DNA of 64,000 nucleotides, taken from assembly GCA_965227515.1 (NCBI GenBank), contig CBDDFZ010000001.1:2208001-2272000 (forward strand). Direction: 5' to 3'. The notes beneath the pieces were generated by a model that was not told where the DNA came from, did no database searches, and saw only the letters and a list, made by a program, of their open reading frames with translations. The stretch's first letter is position 1; every line of letters starts with the position of its first letter. Position numbers and translations under genes: made by a program. Positions 40,870-50,874 of the stretch are shown piece by piece. Origin of the DNA: Alphaproteobacteria bacterium (GTDB taxonomy: Bacteria; Pseudomonadota; Alphaproteobacteria; CALKHQ01).

Positions 40870-42378
40870 GTGGTCGAGGAATGCGATGTCGTCGTGGTGG
40901 GTGCCGGCTCGTCAGGCGGGGTGGCCGCGGCGCGGCTGAGCGAGGACCCGGCGCGCCGGGTGGTGCTGATCGAGGCCGGTCCTGACTTCCCCGATGAGGC
41001 AACGCAATTGCCGCTGTTCGCGGTCAGTGGCGAGAACCACTGGCAGGTCCCGGCCATTCCCGAGTTCGACTGGGGGCTGTTCGACCACGACCCGTCCGGG
41101 CGCCGCGGCGGGCGCAAGGTCTGGCTGCCGCGCGGCCGGCTGGTCGGCGGCACCTCGATGGTCAACTCCACCATCGCGGCGCGGCCGGCGCCGTTCGACC
41201 TCGACCGCTTTGCCGAGCTGGCGGACGAGCGTTGGCGTTGGGAAGCGCGCCTGCCCGACCTGATCCGCATCGAGCGTGACATTGATTTCGCCAACGACCC
41301 AATCCACGGCAGCGACGGGCCGATCGTGATCCAGCGCTACAAGCCGGCGGCGTGGGCGCCGGTCAACCGCGTGTTCGCCGAGGGCTGCGAAGCCATCGGC
41401 ACCGCCGAGGCGGCCGACCTGAACGGGCTGGAGGCGTCGGCCGGCGTGTTCGGGCCGATGCCGCACAATCGCTGGAAGGAGGTGCGCCAGGGCACGCTGG
41501 TGACCTATCTGCGCCAGGCCCGGCCGCGGCCGAACCTCAGCATCGGGGCGGGGCGGACGGTCGACCGCATCGCCATCGAGAATGGCCGCGCGGTCGGCGT
41601 GCACTGGATCGGCGCCGACGGCGTGGCCGGCGAGACCCGCGCCGGCACAGTGCTGGTTTCGGCCGGCGTGTTCGGGACGCCGGCGATCCTGCAGCGCTCC
41701 GGCATCGGGCCGGCCGCGTTGCTCAAGCGCCATGGAATCGCGGTGGTCGCCGATCTGCCGGCCGGCCACAACCTGACCGACCATCCCGGCGTGCCGTTCA
41801 TGTTCAGGATCGAGGGCGCGGCCGGCACCACCGGGCGCTTCTTCGCCGCCAACTGGCGCGGCCCGGCGATGGACGGCCCCGAGCCGTGGTGGCAGACCCA
41901 CCCGTTCCCGGTCGACGAGGAAGAGGGCGTGGCGGGCCTGTGGACCTATCTCTGCCGGCAGGATGCCTTGGGGTCGGTGGAGATCGCCGGCACCGATCCG
42001 AATACGGCCCCGGTGATCGACCTCGGCATGCTGGCGGAGGCGCGCGACATCGCGAAGTTCGCCGACGCGTGGGAGGCCAACCAGGCGTTGCTGGCCTCGG
42101 CCCCGTTCGCCCGGCACAACGCGCGCTGGCTGGAGCCCGATATCGAGATCGCAGCGCATGTGCACGCCACCGTCGGCACCGCGCATCACCAGAGCGGCAG
42201 CTGCCGGATGGGCCGCGACCCGGCCAGCTCCGTGGTCGGGCCGGACCTGCGGGTGCATGGCGTCGACGGGCTGATGGTGGCGGACGCCAGCGCGTTCCCG
42301 GACACCATCATGCACAACCTCAACCTGACCTGCCTGCTGTTCGGCGAGGTCGCCGCGCAGATCATCGAATCGGCTTAG
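40870..42378 (+). CDS. GMC family oxidoreductase
   Basis: VVGAGSSG, RGRLVGGTSMVN, RSGIG, HHQSGSCRMG and VADAS motifs. Confidence 0.92.
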   Translation: MVEECDVVVVGAGSSGGVAAARLSEDPARRVVLIEAGPDFPDEATQLPLFAVSGENHWQVPAIPEFDWGLFDHDPSGRRGGRKVWLPRGRLVGGTSMVNSTIAARPAPFDLDRFAELADERWRWEARLPDLIRIERDIDFANDPIHGSDGPIVIQRYKPAAWAPVNRVFAEGCEAIGTAEAADLNGLEASAGVFGPMPHNRWKEVRQGTLVTYLRQARPRPNLSIGAGRTVDRIAIENGRAVGVHWIGADGVAGETRAGTVLVSAGVFGTPAILQRSGIGPAALLKRHGIAVVADLPAGHNLTDHPGVPFMFRIEGAAGTTGRFFAANWRGPAMDGPEPWWQTHPFPVDEEEGVAGLWTYLCRQDALGSVEIAGTDPNTAPVIDLGMLAEARDIAKFADAWEANQALLASAPFARHNARWLEPDIEIAAHVHATVGTAHHQSGSCRMGRDPASSVVGPDLRVHGVDGLMVADASAFPDTIMHNLNLTCLLFGEVAAQIIESA

Positions 42379-42409
42379 CGGTCACTCGATCCCCGTGACA
42401 CGAAAGATC

Positions 42410-42584
42410 GTCGTCCTCGCCCTTGTGGCGAGGACCCATTCTTACCCAGTACTCCAGTAGTCTCGGGTGAATCGCGAACCGAGATGGCAGACGACCGTAC
42501 TCAATCAGCCAATACTACGTGTTTCCGCCTGCACTGGCCCGGACCGCCCCACAAATAGGCCCTCGCGACAAGCGCGAGGGCGAC
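42410..42584. repeat. Inverted pair of 30-nt REP-like palindromes
   Basis: gtcgtcctcgcccttgtggcgaggacccat (42410-42439) and ataggccctcgcgacaagcgcgagggcgac (42555-42584), between convergent genes. Confidence 0.75.
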
Positions 42585-42604
42585 AATTTATGCTGTCAGG
42601 GCGC

Positions 42605-43519
42605 CTACTCGATCCCCTTGCCGATCTTGGCGCCCGCCATCTCGGCCAGGATGCCGGGCAGCACCGGCATGTAGCGCTCGGCGTGGCCGGCCATGTTGAC
42701 CAGCCGGTAGAGCTGGCTGATCGCCGACGCGATGACGGCGACCGAGGTCGCGCCCTCGGCCAACCGGTTGTAGGTGCGCATATCCTTCCAGGCGATCCGC
42801 ATCGGGCCCTTCAGCAGGCTGTCGTCGCCTTCCAGGATCCACGGCTTCATGGTTTGGAACATCCGTCCGTTGGCGCCGCCGGCCTCGATCACCTCGCACT
42901 GCCGCTCCAGGTCGACGCCCAGTTTGGCGGCGGTGGCGAACGCCTCGGCGATTACCGCGCAGGTGCCGATGGAGATGCAGTTGTTGACCAGTTTTGCCGT
43001 GGTGCCCGCACCGAGCGGTCCGCAGACCACGATGGTGTCGGCGAAGCACTCCAGCAGCGGGCGCACCCGGGCGATGTCGTCCGGCGCCCCGCCGACATAG
43101 GTGCTCAGCGTCCCGGCCTCGGCCTCCTTCGGCGAGCGGCCCAGCGCCGCATCGACCATGGTGCAGCCGCGCGCGGCGAGATCGGCGCCGACGCGCCGGG
43201 TCATGACCGGGTCGTTGGTGGTGGAGTCGACCAGCACCATCCCCTCGTGGCAGCCGGCGAGCAGGCCGTCTGGCCCATAGACCGTCGCCTCGACCTCCAC
43301 GTCGGACGGCAGGCAGAGGAACACCACCCCGCAGTTGCGCGCGACCTCCGCGGCGGTCTTTGCTTCGACCGCGCCGCGCCCGACAAGGTCGTCCACCGGC
43401 GCGCGGTTGCGGTTGCCCATGACAGTTAGCGGCCGGCCGCTCTTGGCCAGGATGTTGGCCGCCGCGCCATGGCCCATCAGACCGACCCCGATGTAGCCCA
43501 ACCCAGTTTGCTCGCTCAT
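42605..43519 (-). CDS. NAD(P)-dependent beta-hydroxyacid dehydrogenase (3-hydroxyisobutyrate dehydrogenase family)
   Basis: IGVGLMG, GAGTTAKLVNN and KDMR motifs. Confidence 0.9.
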   Translation of the reverse strand: MSEQTGLGYIGVGLMGHGAAANILAKSGRPLTVMGNRNRAPVDDLVGRGAVEAKTAAEVARNCGVVFLCLPSDVEVEATVYGPDGLLAGCHEGMVLVDSTTNDPVMTRRVGADLAARGCTMVDAALGRSPKEAEAGTLSTYVGGAPDDIARVRPLLECFADTIVVCGPLGAGTTAKLVNNCISIGTCAVIAEAFATAAKLGVDLERQCEVIEAGGANGRMFQTMKPWILEGDDSLLKGPMRIAWKDMRTYNRLAEGATSVAVIASAISQLYRLVNMAGHAERYMPVLPGILAEMAGAKIGKGIE

Positions 43520-43636
43520 GCGTTACCTCCCCTCGTGTGGTGCCGGATCGCTTTGCCGATCGCCGCATGTGGATTCGCCTGCGCAGGATGACACATTACC
43601 GGCCAAGGCGGTTCCTGCGCCGCGTGCAATATGAGA

Positions 43637-43663
43637 AAGGGCGGGCCTTTCGACCCGCCCCTT
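43637..43663 (-). terminator. Rho-independent terminator of the 43697-44365 gene
   Basis: aagggcggg...cccgcccctt hairpin. Confidence 0.6.
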
Positions 43664-43696
43664 GTGGCGCAGATTCATGCGTAGGCTGATCATGCT

Positions 43697-44365
43697 CTAG
43701 CGGCGCAGGTCCCAGAACAGGCCGTACAGCGCGCCGTTGTAGCTGTGCTCGGTGTAGAAGTCGTACCAGATGCCGTAGTGCTCGTAGTACGGGCGGTCGG
43801 CATAGGCGGCGGCGCGGTCCAGCTCCAGTGTGATATCGGCCACGCCCAGCGGCACGTGATCGGCGCCGACCGCGTTGTGCACGGCGTCGGCGGCATGCTG
43901 GCCGCCGATGGCGATGGCCGCACCGCCCGCCGCGCCCAAGCCACCGGTGCCGACGGCGATCAGCGCGCCGGAGATCGCCGTGGTGCCGGCCACGAAGCCG
44001 CGGAAGAAATCCTGGGCGGAGCTGTCGTAGTTGTAGACGTGGGCCTGCAGCATCGCGGTCTGCGACGGACCCTGCCAAACCAGCGTGTCCAAGGTCAGGA
44101 TGTCGCCGGCGTTCAGGTCGCGCCAGGGCTCGTTCTCGCTCGGAATGAAGACCGGGCGGGTCACCTCGCCATCCTCCTCGACCATGTAGGCGACGATGAA
44201 CGGGTTGTCGGAGTCGGCGAAGCCACGGTGCGGGCCTTCCTGCACCACCTGCACGCCGGTCAGGTACAGCCGGTAGAACTCGTCGGCCTGCGCCGGTGCG
44301 GCCGCGGTCGAGATCGCGGCGGCGGCAAAGGCGGCGCTGGCGATGGCGGTGGTGAGCTTGTGCAT
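43697..44365 (-). CDS. Secreted hypothetical protein with an internal Gly/Ala-rich hydrophobic segment
   Basis: RBS ggaga, signal peptide ending AQA, host-like codon usage, own terminator. Confidence 0.75.
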   Translation of the reverse strand: MHKLTTAIASAAFAAAAISTAAAPAQADEFYRLYLTGVQVVQEGPHRGFADSDNPFIVAYMVEEDGEVTRPVFIPSENEPWRDLNAGDILTLDTLVWQGPSQTAMLQAHVYNYDSSAQDFFRGFVAGTTAISGALIAVGTGGLGAAGGAAIAIGGQHAADAVHNAVGADHVPLGVADITLELDRAAAYADRPYYEHYGIWYDFYTEHSYNGALYGLFWDLRR

Positions 44366-44513
44366 GACTGGTCTCCATCAGGGTGTTTGGTTGTGGCCGG
44401 TTGCGGCCGTCTTGATGGAGATGAATATCGATCCGCGTGGCTGATGGCGCGATGGGGTCGATCCCCCATTTTGGATGGCGTTTCGCAGCGGTCGCAGACC
44501 CGATTCGGTTAAC

Positions 44514-44521
44514 TTAACCAT
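44514..44521 (+). promoter_or_regulatory. CtrA half-site TTAACCAT
   Basis: ggttaacTTAACCAT with GANTC sites at 44502 and 44551, upstream of the hybrid kinase. Confidence 0.4.
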
Positions 44522-44710
44522 GCCTCAAGACAGAATGCGTATCGTTCCTTGATTCGGCTCGCCATTGGTCGTGCCGTGCGATGTAGACCACTGGTGGTGG
44601 AGGATGCGCCCCAACTCTTTCCGGCGATTTCGACCCGGCCTCGGCCCCTGGCCGTGCCCGGCGGCGTGTGCGTCGGCTACCGCCGGTGCGTCAGTGAATT
44701 CGAGGTATGA

Positions 44711-47700
44711 ATGAGTGCGACGCTACGGCCCGATCCGCCGCTGTCGGAAATCGTTGAGGGTGCCGGCTCCCCGCTGTCCGAGCTAGCCGACCTGAACCCG
44801 GTCTGGCTGTGGGAGACGGACGCGGATCATCGCTTCGTCTGGCTGTCGCCAAATTGCAGCAGGCTGACGGGATCGAACCCGGAAGACTACATTGGGCGGT
44901 CGCGCGTCGAGCTGTTCAAGCGCTCGTCGGACCAGACCGAGTTGGCACGTCGGCACCTGGACGACCTGGCCCACCATCGCCCGTTCAATGATTTCGTGTA
45001 CCGCCACGTACGTGAGGACGGGAAAGCGGTTTGGTTGTGCGTCGGTGGCCGGCCGTGCTTCGACAAGTCCGGGCGGTTCACGGGTTATCAGGGCAGCACC
45101 GCGCACGTCAGCGCCATGCTTGAGTTCGCGGACCAATCGGTTGCCGGCGAGGCCGCCATGTTGCAGCGCAACGCTGAACTTGAGCGACGCGTGGCGGCGC
45201 GGACCAAGGCTGCTGACGAAACGACAGCGTTGCTGAGCGGTGTATTGGAAGGCATGGAGCAGGGTCTGATAGTCTCTAGCCTCGACGACATGGGCGAGCG
45301 TCGCATCGTGCTGGCCAACGAGCGTGCGAGCGAACTCCTGGAGATGCCCCCCGAGGTCTTGGATGTTGGAAAGTCTGCCGACGAGTTCATCGAGTTTTGC
45401 GCGCAGCGGGGCGATTTCGGCGAAGCGGGCAAGGCAGACGCGCGCGACCGGATCAGGCGTGTAACTGAGGGTTCAACCGAGACATTTGTCCGTCACCTGC
45501 CATCGGGCCGGAGCGTTCGGTCGCACATTAAGTCGTGCATTGACGGCAAGCACATCGTGACGCTGACCGATATCACCGACCTGATCGAGCGCAAACAGGC
45601 ACTGGAATCCTCCAACGAGCTTCTCGCTGAAGTTCTGGAGGGTACGGAGCATGGGTTGCTGGTCGTAACGGACGGCGCCCTCGAGCAGCAAAGGATTGTC
45701 CTGTCAAACCGGCGAGCGGCGGAGATATTGGAGTTCCCGCCGGAGATGCTGGCGGCGGGCGCGCCCGGCAAGGCGATTGTACAAACGTCAATCGACCGTG
45801 GCGACTTCGGCACCGACGGCGAAGATGCCCGCCGCCACACGGAGGTGGCCATACAGTCGGGCAAGCCGACGAACAACATTCGCCGGCTGAAGTCCGGCCG
45901 TATCGTGAAGTCCAAGGGATATCCGCGCCAGAATGGCGGGCTGATCATCACCTATTCCGACATCACCGAAATGAAGGTGCAGGAAGAGGAACTGCGCCGC
46001 GCGCTGGCCGTTGCCGAACTCTCCAAGAGCGTGTTCGATCGCCTGAGCACGCCAGTGCTCGTCAAGAACGAAGACCTTGAATTTGTCCTGGTCAATCAGG
46101 CGTTCTGCGACCTGCATGGCGTGACCAAGGAGCATGTCATCGGGCGGTCCGACATGGACCTGGATCTGACCGGCGGGGACCGGGCCGCCACCTACACCAG
46201 CTACGACCTCCACGTGCTGGAAACCGGAGAATTGCTGGATTTCGAAGAGGACGTTACACGGCCCGACGGCTCGATCCTCTCGACATACTCCCTGAAGACC
46301 AGGGTCGTGACCGAGAGCGGCGACAGGTACGTCGTTGCCGTCATTACCGACGTGTCGACGCTGAAGCAGCGCGAGGCGGATCTGGAAGCGGCACGCCGTG
46401 GCGCGGAAGCGGCCGACCGGGCCAAGTCCGAATTCCTCGCCAACATGAGCCACGAGATCCGCACGCCGATGAACGGCATTCTGGGCATGGGCGAGTTGCT
46501 GAAGGGCACCAACCTGGATTCCCGACAGCGCATGTACGCCGATGTCATCGTGCAGTCCGGCAACCTGTTGCTGAACATCATCAACGACATTCTGGACTTC
46601 TCGAAGATCGCCGCCGGCCAGCTGTCGCTGCATGTCGAGCCGTTCCAACTGGCCGATGTGGTGTGGGATGTGGCGACGTTGCTGTCGACGAGTGCCGACG
46701 ACAAAGGCCTGGACATGCCCGTGCGTGTGCAGCCCGACCTGCCCAGGGCCTTTGTTGGCGATCCGGGGCGCATACGCCAAATCCTGACCAATCTGGTCAG
46801 CAACGCCGTCAAGTTCACGGACAACGGCCACGTCCACATCGACGTTTCCGGCCAGGTCCGCGACGACGACACGGCACGGATTCTGGTCAAGGTGACCGAT
46901 ACCGGCATCGGCATTGCCGAGGAGCATGTCGCGACCATCTTCCAGAAGTTCAGCCAGGTCGACGGTACGGCGACGCGTCGTCACGAAGGTACCGGGCTTG
47001 GACTGACGATCTCCAAGCGTCTGGTCGAGATGATGCACGGCGAAATGGGCGTGGAGAGCAAGCCCGGACGGGGCTCCACGTTCTGGTTCGCCCTGCCGCT
47101 GCCGGTGGCGAGCGACTTCGGCCCGGCCGCGCAGGTCATGCAGGACATTTCCGGACGGCGGGTTCTGATCGTCGACGACAATGAGGTCAATTGCGCCATC
47201 CTGACCGAGCAGCTCGAGAGCTGGCAGGTGACGGCCAAGGCCGTGAACTCCGGCGCGAAGGCGCTGGGTGAGCTGAACAGCGCGGCGGCGCGTGGCGCGC
47301 CGTTTGAGCTCGCCATCCTGGACGCGCAAATGCCGGAGATGGATGGCATGTCGGTGGCCGCCGCCATCCGCCACAGCCCGATGATCAACCGAGTACCGAT
47401 CCTGATGCTGGCATCGGTCGATGGGCCGGAGGATCGATCCATCCTCGACCGGCTGCAGATTTCAGCCCACCTCGTCAAGCCGGCGAAGGCGCCGACCCTG
47501 CTTGCCGCCATCGCCAAGGCGATCGACGAGCCGGTCGAACCGCCGGCCGAGATCGCCGCTCCCGCGTCCACAGCAGGGGAGGATGCCGAACCCGTCGAGC
47601 AGCCCAGTGGCGTTGCCGAAGATGACGGGCGCTCGCTGACCGCGCGCGTGCTGATCGCGGAGGACAACCCGGTCAATCAGATGGTGCTGCAGCAGGTTCT

Positions 47701-48049
47701 GGATAACTGGGGCTACGACTATCTGATCGCCAATGACGGCCAACAGGCTGTCGACCTGTTCCGCAAGCATCGACCGGCCGTGGTGTTGATGGACGTTTCG
47801 ATGCCGGTCCTCAATGGACTGGATGCGACCCGCGCCATTCGCGAGATCGAGGGGCAGGACGGCGGCCACACGAAGATCCTTGGGGTCACGGCCCACGCGC
47901 TGAACGGCGACAAGGAGAAGTGCTTTGCGGTCGGCATGGACGACTATGTGCCGAAGCCGATCGATTGGACCCTGCTGCGCGAGAAGCTGGCGGAGGCCCT
48001 GGCTGACGTCGAAGGCGAGGAAGGACAGCCAGGCAAGATGGTCGCCTGA
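44711..48049 (+). CDS. Multi-PAS hybrid sensor histidine kinase with two receiver domains
   Basis: Several PAS-like units; [16 protein letters not shown]-box; N, G1 and G2 boxes; REC motifs LDAQMP and MDVSMP. Confidence 0.95.
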   Translation: MSATLRPDPPLSEIVEGAGSPLSELADLNPVWLWETDADHRFVWLSPNCSRLTGSNPEDYIGRSRVELFKRSSDQTELARRHLDDLAHHRPFNDFVYRHVREDGKAVWLCVGGRPCFDKSGRFTGYQGSTAHVSAMLEFADQSVAGEAAMLQRNAELERRVAARTKAADETTALLSGVLEGMEQGLIVSSLDDMGERRIVLANERASELLEMPPEVLDVGKSADEFIEFCAQRGDFGEAGKADARDRIRRVTEGSTETFVRHLPSGRSVRSHIKSCIDGKHIVTLTDITDLIERKQALESSNELLAEVLEGTEHGLLVVTDGALEQQRIVLSNRRAAEILEFPPEMLAAGAPGKAIVQTSIDRGDFGTDGEDARRHTEVAIQSGKPTNNIRRLKSGRIVKSKGYPRQNGGLIITYSDITEMKVQEEELRRALAVAELSKSVFDRLSTPVLVKNEDLEFVLVNQAFCDLHGVTKEHVIGRSDMDLDLTGGDRAATYTSYDLHVLETGELLDFEEDVTRPDGSILSTYSLKTRVVTESGDRYVVAVITDVSTLKQREADLEAARRGAEAADRAKSEFLANMSHEIRTPMNGILGMGELLKGTNLDSRQRMYADVIVQSGNLLLNIINDILDFSKIAAGQLSLHVEPFQLADVVWDVATLLSTSADDKGLDMPVRVQPDLPRAFVGDPGRIRQILTNLVSNAVKFTDNGHVHIDVSGQVRDDDTARILVKVTDTGIGIAEEHVATIFQKFSQVDGTATRRHEGTGLGLTISKRLVEMMHGEMGVESKPGRGSTFWFALPLPVASDFGPAAQVMQDISGRRVLIVDDNEVNCAILTEQLESWQVTAKAVNSGAKALGELNSAAARGAPFELAILDAQMPEMDGMSVAAAIRHSPMINRVPILMLASVDGPEDRSILDRLQISAHLVKPAKAPTLLAAIAKAIDEPVEPPAEIAAPASTAGEDAEPVEQPSGVAEDDGRSLTARVLIAEDNPVNQMVLQQVLDNWGYDYLIANDGQQAVDLFRKHRPAVVLMDVSMPVLNGLDATRAIREIEGQDGGHTKILGVTAHALNGDKEKCFAVGMDDYVPKPIDWTLLREKLAEALADVEGEEGQPGKMVA

Positions 48050-48112
48050 CCTGCGCCACGGCCTAACCTGCGCCACGGCCTTACCGGCGCCACGGCCTGA
48101 ACGGCGCGCCGG

Positions 48113-49267
48113 CTATGTGCGCCAGCGCTGCAGCCGGTCGATGGCAGCCTCGATATCGGCGGTCGGCCCGGCGAAAGACATCCGCATGAACTTGTGCCCG
48201 CGGTCCGGGTCGAAGTCGATGCCGGGCGCGGTCGCGACGCCGGTCTCGTCCAGCATGCGAGCGCAGAACGCGCGGGCGTCGTCGGTGCGCGCGCTGATAT
48301 CGGCGTAGATGTAGAACGCGCCATCCGCCGGAGCCAGTCGGTCGAACCCGGCGCGCGGCAAACCCTCCAGCAGCAGGGCGCGGTTGCGCGCATAGTTCGC
48401 CACCAGGTCGTCGAGCAGGTCGGTGTGGTCGAACGCGGCCACCGCGGCCAGTTGCGGCAACGTCGGCGGCGAAATGAACAGGTTCTGGGCCAAGCACTCG
48501 ATGGGGCGGACCATGTCCTCTGGCACCACCATCCAGCCGAGCCGCCAGCCGGTCATCGAGAAGTACTTCGAGAAGCTGTTGATCACGATACAGCGGTCGT
48601 CCAGCGACAGGGCGGTGCGCGCCGGTGGGCCATAGGTGATGCCGTGGTAGATCTCGTCGGAGACCAGCCGGATGCCGCGTTCGGCGCACAGGCTGGCGAT
48701 CTCCGCGAAGGTTTGGTCTGCCAGCATGGTGCCGGTCGGGTTCGACGGGCTGGTGACGATCAAACCCTCGACAGGCTGCGCGCGCGCCGCGTCTTCGACC
48801 ATCCCGGCGGTCGGCTGAAAGCGGGTGTCCGCGGTGGTCGCGATCGGCGCCAGGACCAGCCCCAGGGACGTCATGATATGACGATAGGCCGGATAGCTCG
48901 GCAGCGGCAGCATGACGGCGTCGCCCGGTGCGAAGGCGGACAGGAACGCCAGCATGAATGCGCCCGACGCGCCATTGGTGATGACGATGCGGCGCATGTC
49001 GAGGTCGATGTCGTAGCGCTCGCCGTAGTAGCGTGCGATGCGCTGGCGCAGCGGATCGATGCCCAGCGCCAGGGTATAGCCCAGCCGGTCGTCCGCCAGC
49101 GCGCGCGCGGCGGCCGCGCGCACCGGCTCGGGCGCCGGCGTGCCGGGCTGCCCGACTTCCAGGTGGACGACATCCATGCCGGCCGCCTCGCGGTCGGCCG
49201 CGGCCTGCATCACGTCCATGACGATGAACGGCGGCACCGAGCCGCGTTGGGCAACCTTCAGGGCCAT
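48113..49267 (-). CDS. Class I/II PLP-dependent aminotransferase
   Basis: PSNPTG, SDEIYHG and SFSKYFSMTGWRLGW motifs. Confidence 0.93.
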   Translation of the reverse strand: MALKVAQRGSVPPFIVMDVMQAAADREAAGMDVVHLEVGQPGTPAPEPVRAAAARALADDRLGYTLALGIDPLRQRIARYYGERYDIDLDMRRIVITNGASGAFMLAFLSAFAPGDAVMLPLPSYPAYRHIMTSLGLVLAPIATTADTRFQPTAGMVEDAARAQPVEGLIVTSPSNPTGTMLADQTFAEIASLCAERGIRLVSDEIYHGITYGPPARTALSLDDRCIVINSFSKYFSMTGWRLGWMVVPEDMVRPIECLAQNLFISPPTLPQLAAVAAFDHTDLLDDLVANYARNRALLLEGLPRAGFDRLAPADGAFYIYADISARTDDARAFCARMLDETGVATAPGIDFDPDRGHKFMRMSFAGPTADIEAAIDRLQRWRT

Positions 49268-49358
49268 TCGGATTCTCCAATCGGAAACGCCGCCCTTTTC
49301 TGGCCAAATAGCGGTAGGATTGTCCAGCGGCCTGCTCGCCGCGAACATTGGATAGGCC

Positions 49359-50693
49359 ATGACAAGACGCACCTTGACCGCACTGGGCACCGCGCTGGCC
49401 GTTGGCTTCAGCGCCGCCGGCGATGCTTCCGCCCAGGGCATCTCGCTGATTCGCGACGCCGAGATCGAGGCGACGATCCGGGCCTATACCCAGCCGTTGT
49501 TCCAGATCGCCGGGCTGAATCCGAACGCCATCGACGTCTACCTGGTCGATGACGACCGGCTGAATGCGTTCGTGGCCGGCGGCCAGAACATCTTCGTCAA
49601 CACCGGCCTGCTGTTGGCCTCCAACGATCCGGGCGGCGTGATCGGTGTGCTGGCGCACGAAACCGGCCACATTGCCGGCGGCCACCTGGCCCAGCTCCAT
49701 GCCGAACTCCGCGAGGTCAGCGCACAGACCATCCTGGCCTACCTGCTGGGCGCGGCGGCGGCGGTTGCCGCCGGGCGCGGTGACGTGGGTGCCGCGGTTA
49801 TCAGCGGCAGCACCGGCATGGGGCAGCGCTCCTTGCTGGCCTACAGCCGGGCGCAGGAAGCCGCGGCGGACCAGGCGGCGGTCAACTACCTCGACCGAGT
49901 CGGCTGGTCGGCGGTCGGGCTCGCCGACTTCCTGGAACTGCTGGAAGACCAGGAACTGCTGACCGCGAGCCTGCAGGACCCGTATTTGCGGTCCCACCCG
50001 CTGACCCGCGACCGGGTGGACCAGGTCCAGGGCCATGTCGCGCGCTCACCCTATTCAAATGCGCAATTCCCGCCCGCGTTCTATGAGATGCACGAGCGCA
50101 TGCGCGCCAAGCTCATCGGCTATACCCAAGGGGTCGCGCGCACGTTGCAGGTCTATCCCGAGATCGATGTCAGCCTGCCGGCCCGGTACGCCCGCGCCAT
50201 CGCCTATGCCAACCAGGGCAGCCTGGCCAATGCGCTGCCGCTGATCGACAGCCTGCTGGCGGACCTGCCGAACGACCCGTACTTCCTGGAACTGAAAGGG
50301 CAGGTGTTGTTCGAGCATGGGCGGATCGCGGAATCCATCGCGCCGCTGCGTCAGGCTTCCGCCCTGCTGCCGGACGCCGCGCCGATCCGCCTGCTGTTGG
50401 CCCGCGCCGAGCTGGAGTCCCAGGACCCGGCCAAGCTCGCGGCGGTGATCGACAATCTGAGCCAGGCGGCGCGGCTGGAGCCGGACAATCCGGCGATCTG
50501 GTACTTCCTGTCGATTGCCCATGGCCGGGCCGGCGATCTGGGTATGGCGGCGCTGGCCATGGCGGAGCGCAATTTCCACGCCGGCAGCGACGATGAGGCA
50601 CGGCAACAGGCCATTCGCGCGCAGCAGAACCTGCCCGAAGGGTCGCCGGGCTGGCTCCGCGCGCAGGACATCATCTCCGCCACCGACGATTAG
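49359..50693 (+). CDS. M48 family metalloprotease with TPRs (BepA/YfgC-like)
   Basis: Signal peptide; LNAFV, LAHETGH, QEAAAD and LRSHP motifs; TPR-like C-terminus. Confidence 0.9.
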   Translation: MTRRTLTALGTALAVGFSAAGDASAQGISLIRDAEIEATIRAYTQPLFQIAGLNPNAIDVYLVDDDRLNAFVAGGQNIFVNTGLLLASNDPGGVIGVLAHETGHIAGGHLAQLHAELREVSAQTILAYLLGAAAAVAAGRGDVGAAVISGSTGMGQRSLLAYSRAQEAAADQAAVNYLDRVGWSAVGLADFLELLEDQELLTASLQDPYLRSHPLTRDRVDQVQGHVARSPYSNAQFPPAFYEMHERMRAKLIGYTQGVARTLQVYPEIDVSLPARYARAIAYANQGSLANALPLIDSLLADLPNDPYFLELKGQVLFEHGRIAESIAPLRQASALLPDAAPIRLLLARAELESQDPAKLAAVIDNLSQAARLEPDNPAIWYFLSIAHGRAGDLGMAALAMAERNFHAGSDDEARQQAIRAQQNLPEGSPGWLRAQDIISATDD

Positions 50694-50874
50694 GCGGGCC
50701 AGTCAGCCAGCCGAAGAATCAGCGTTAGCGCCGCGTGCCCTAGTCTGGCACTATCGCGCGTGGCGACGGATGACTGCGGTTGCGGCCGCAGGTCGACAGG
50801 CTAGGCGCGATCCGTCGGGCTGCCACAGTGTTGTGGCTGGGCGTTCATGGGCGTGTGGGGCGGATACGGTAGCC

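Noticed and set aside
40661-40870. tRNA-Met as an integration site
   Set aside because: No integrase, duplicated 3' end or composition shift was seen downstream.
50515-50874. N-terminal extension of the Tyr pseudokinase ORF
   Set aside because: It overlaps the M48 protease gene and has no domain-like sequence, so a start near 50875 is more plausible.
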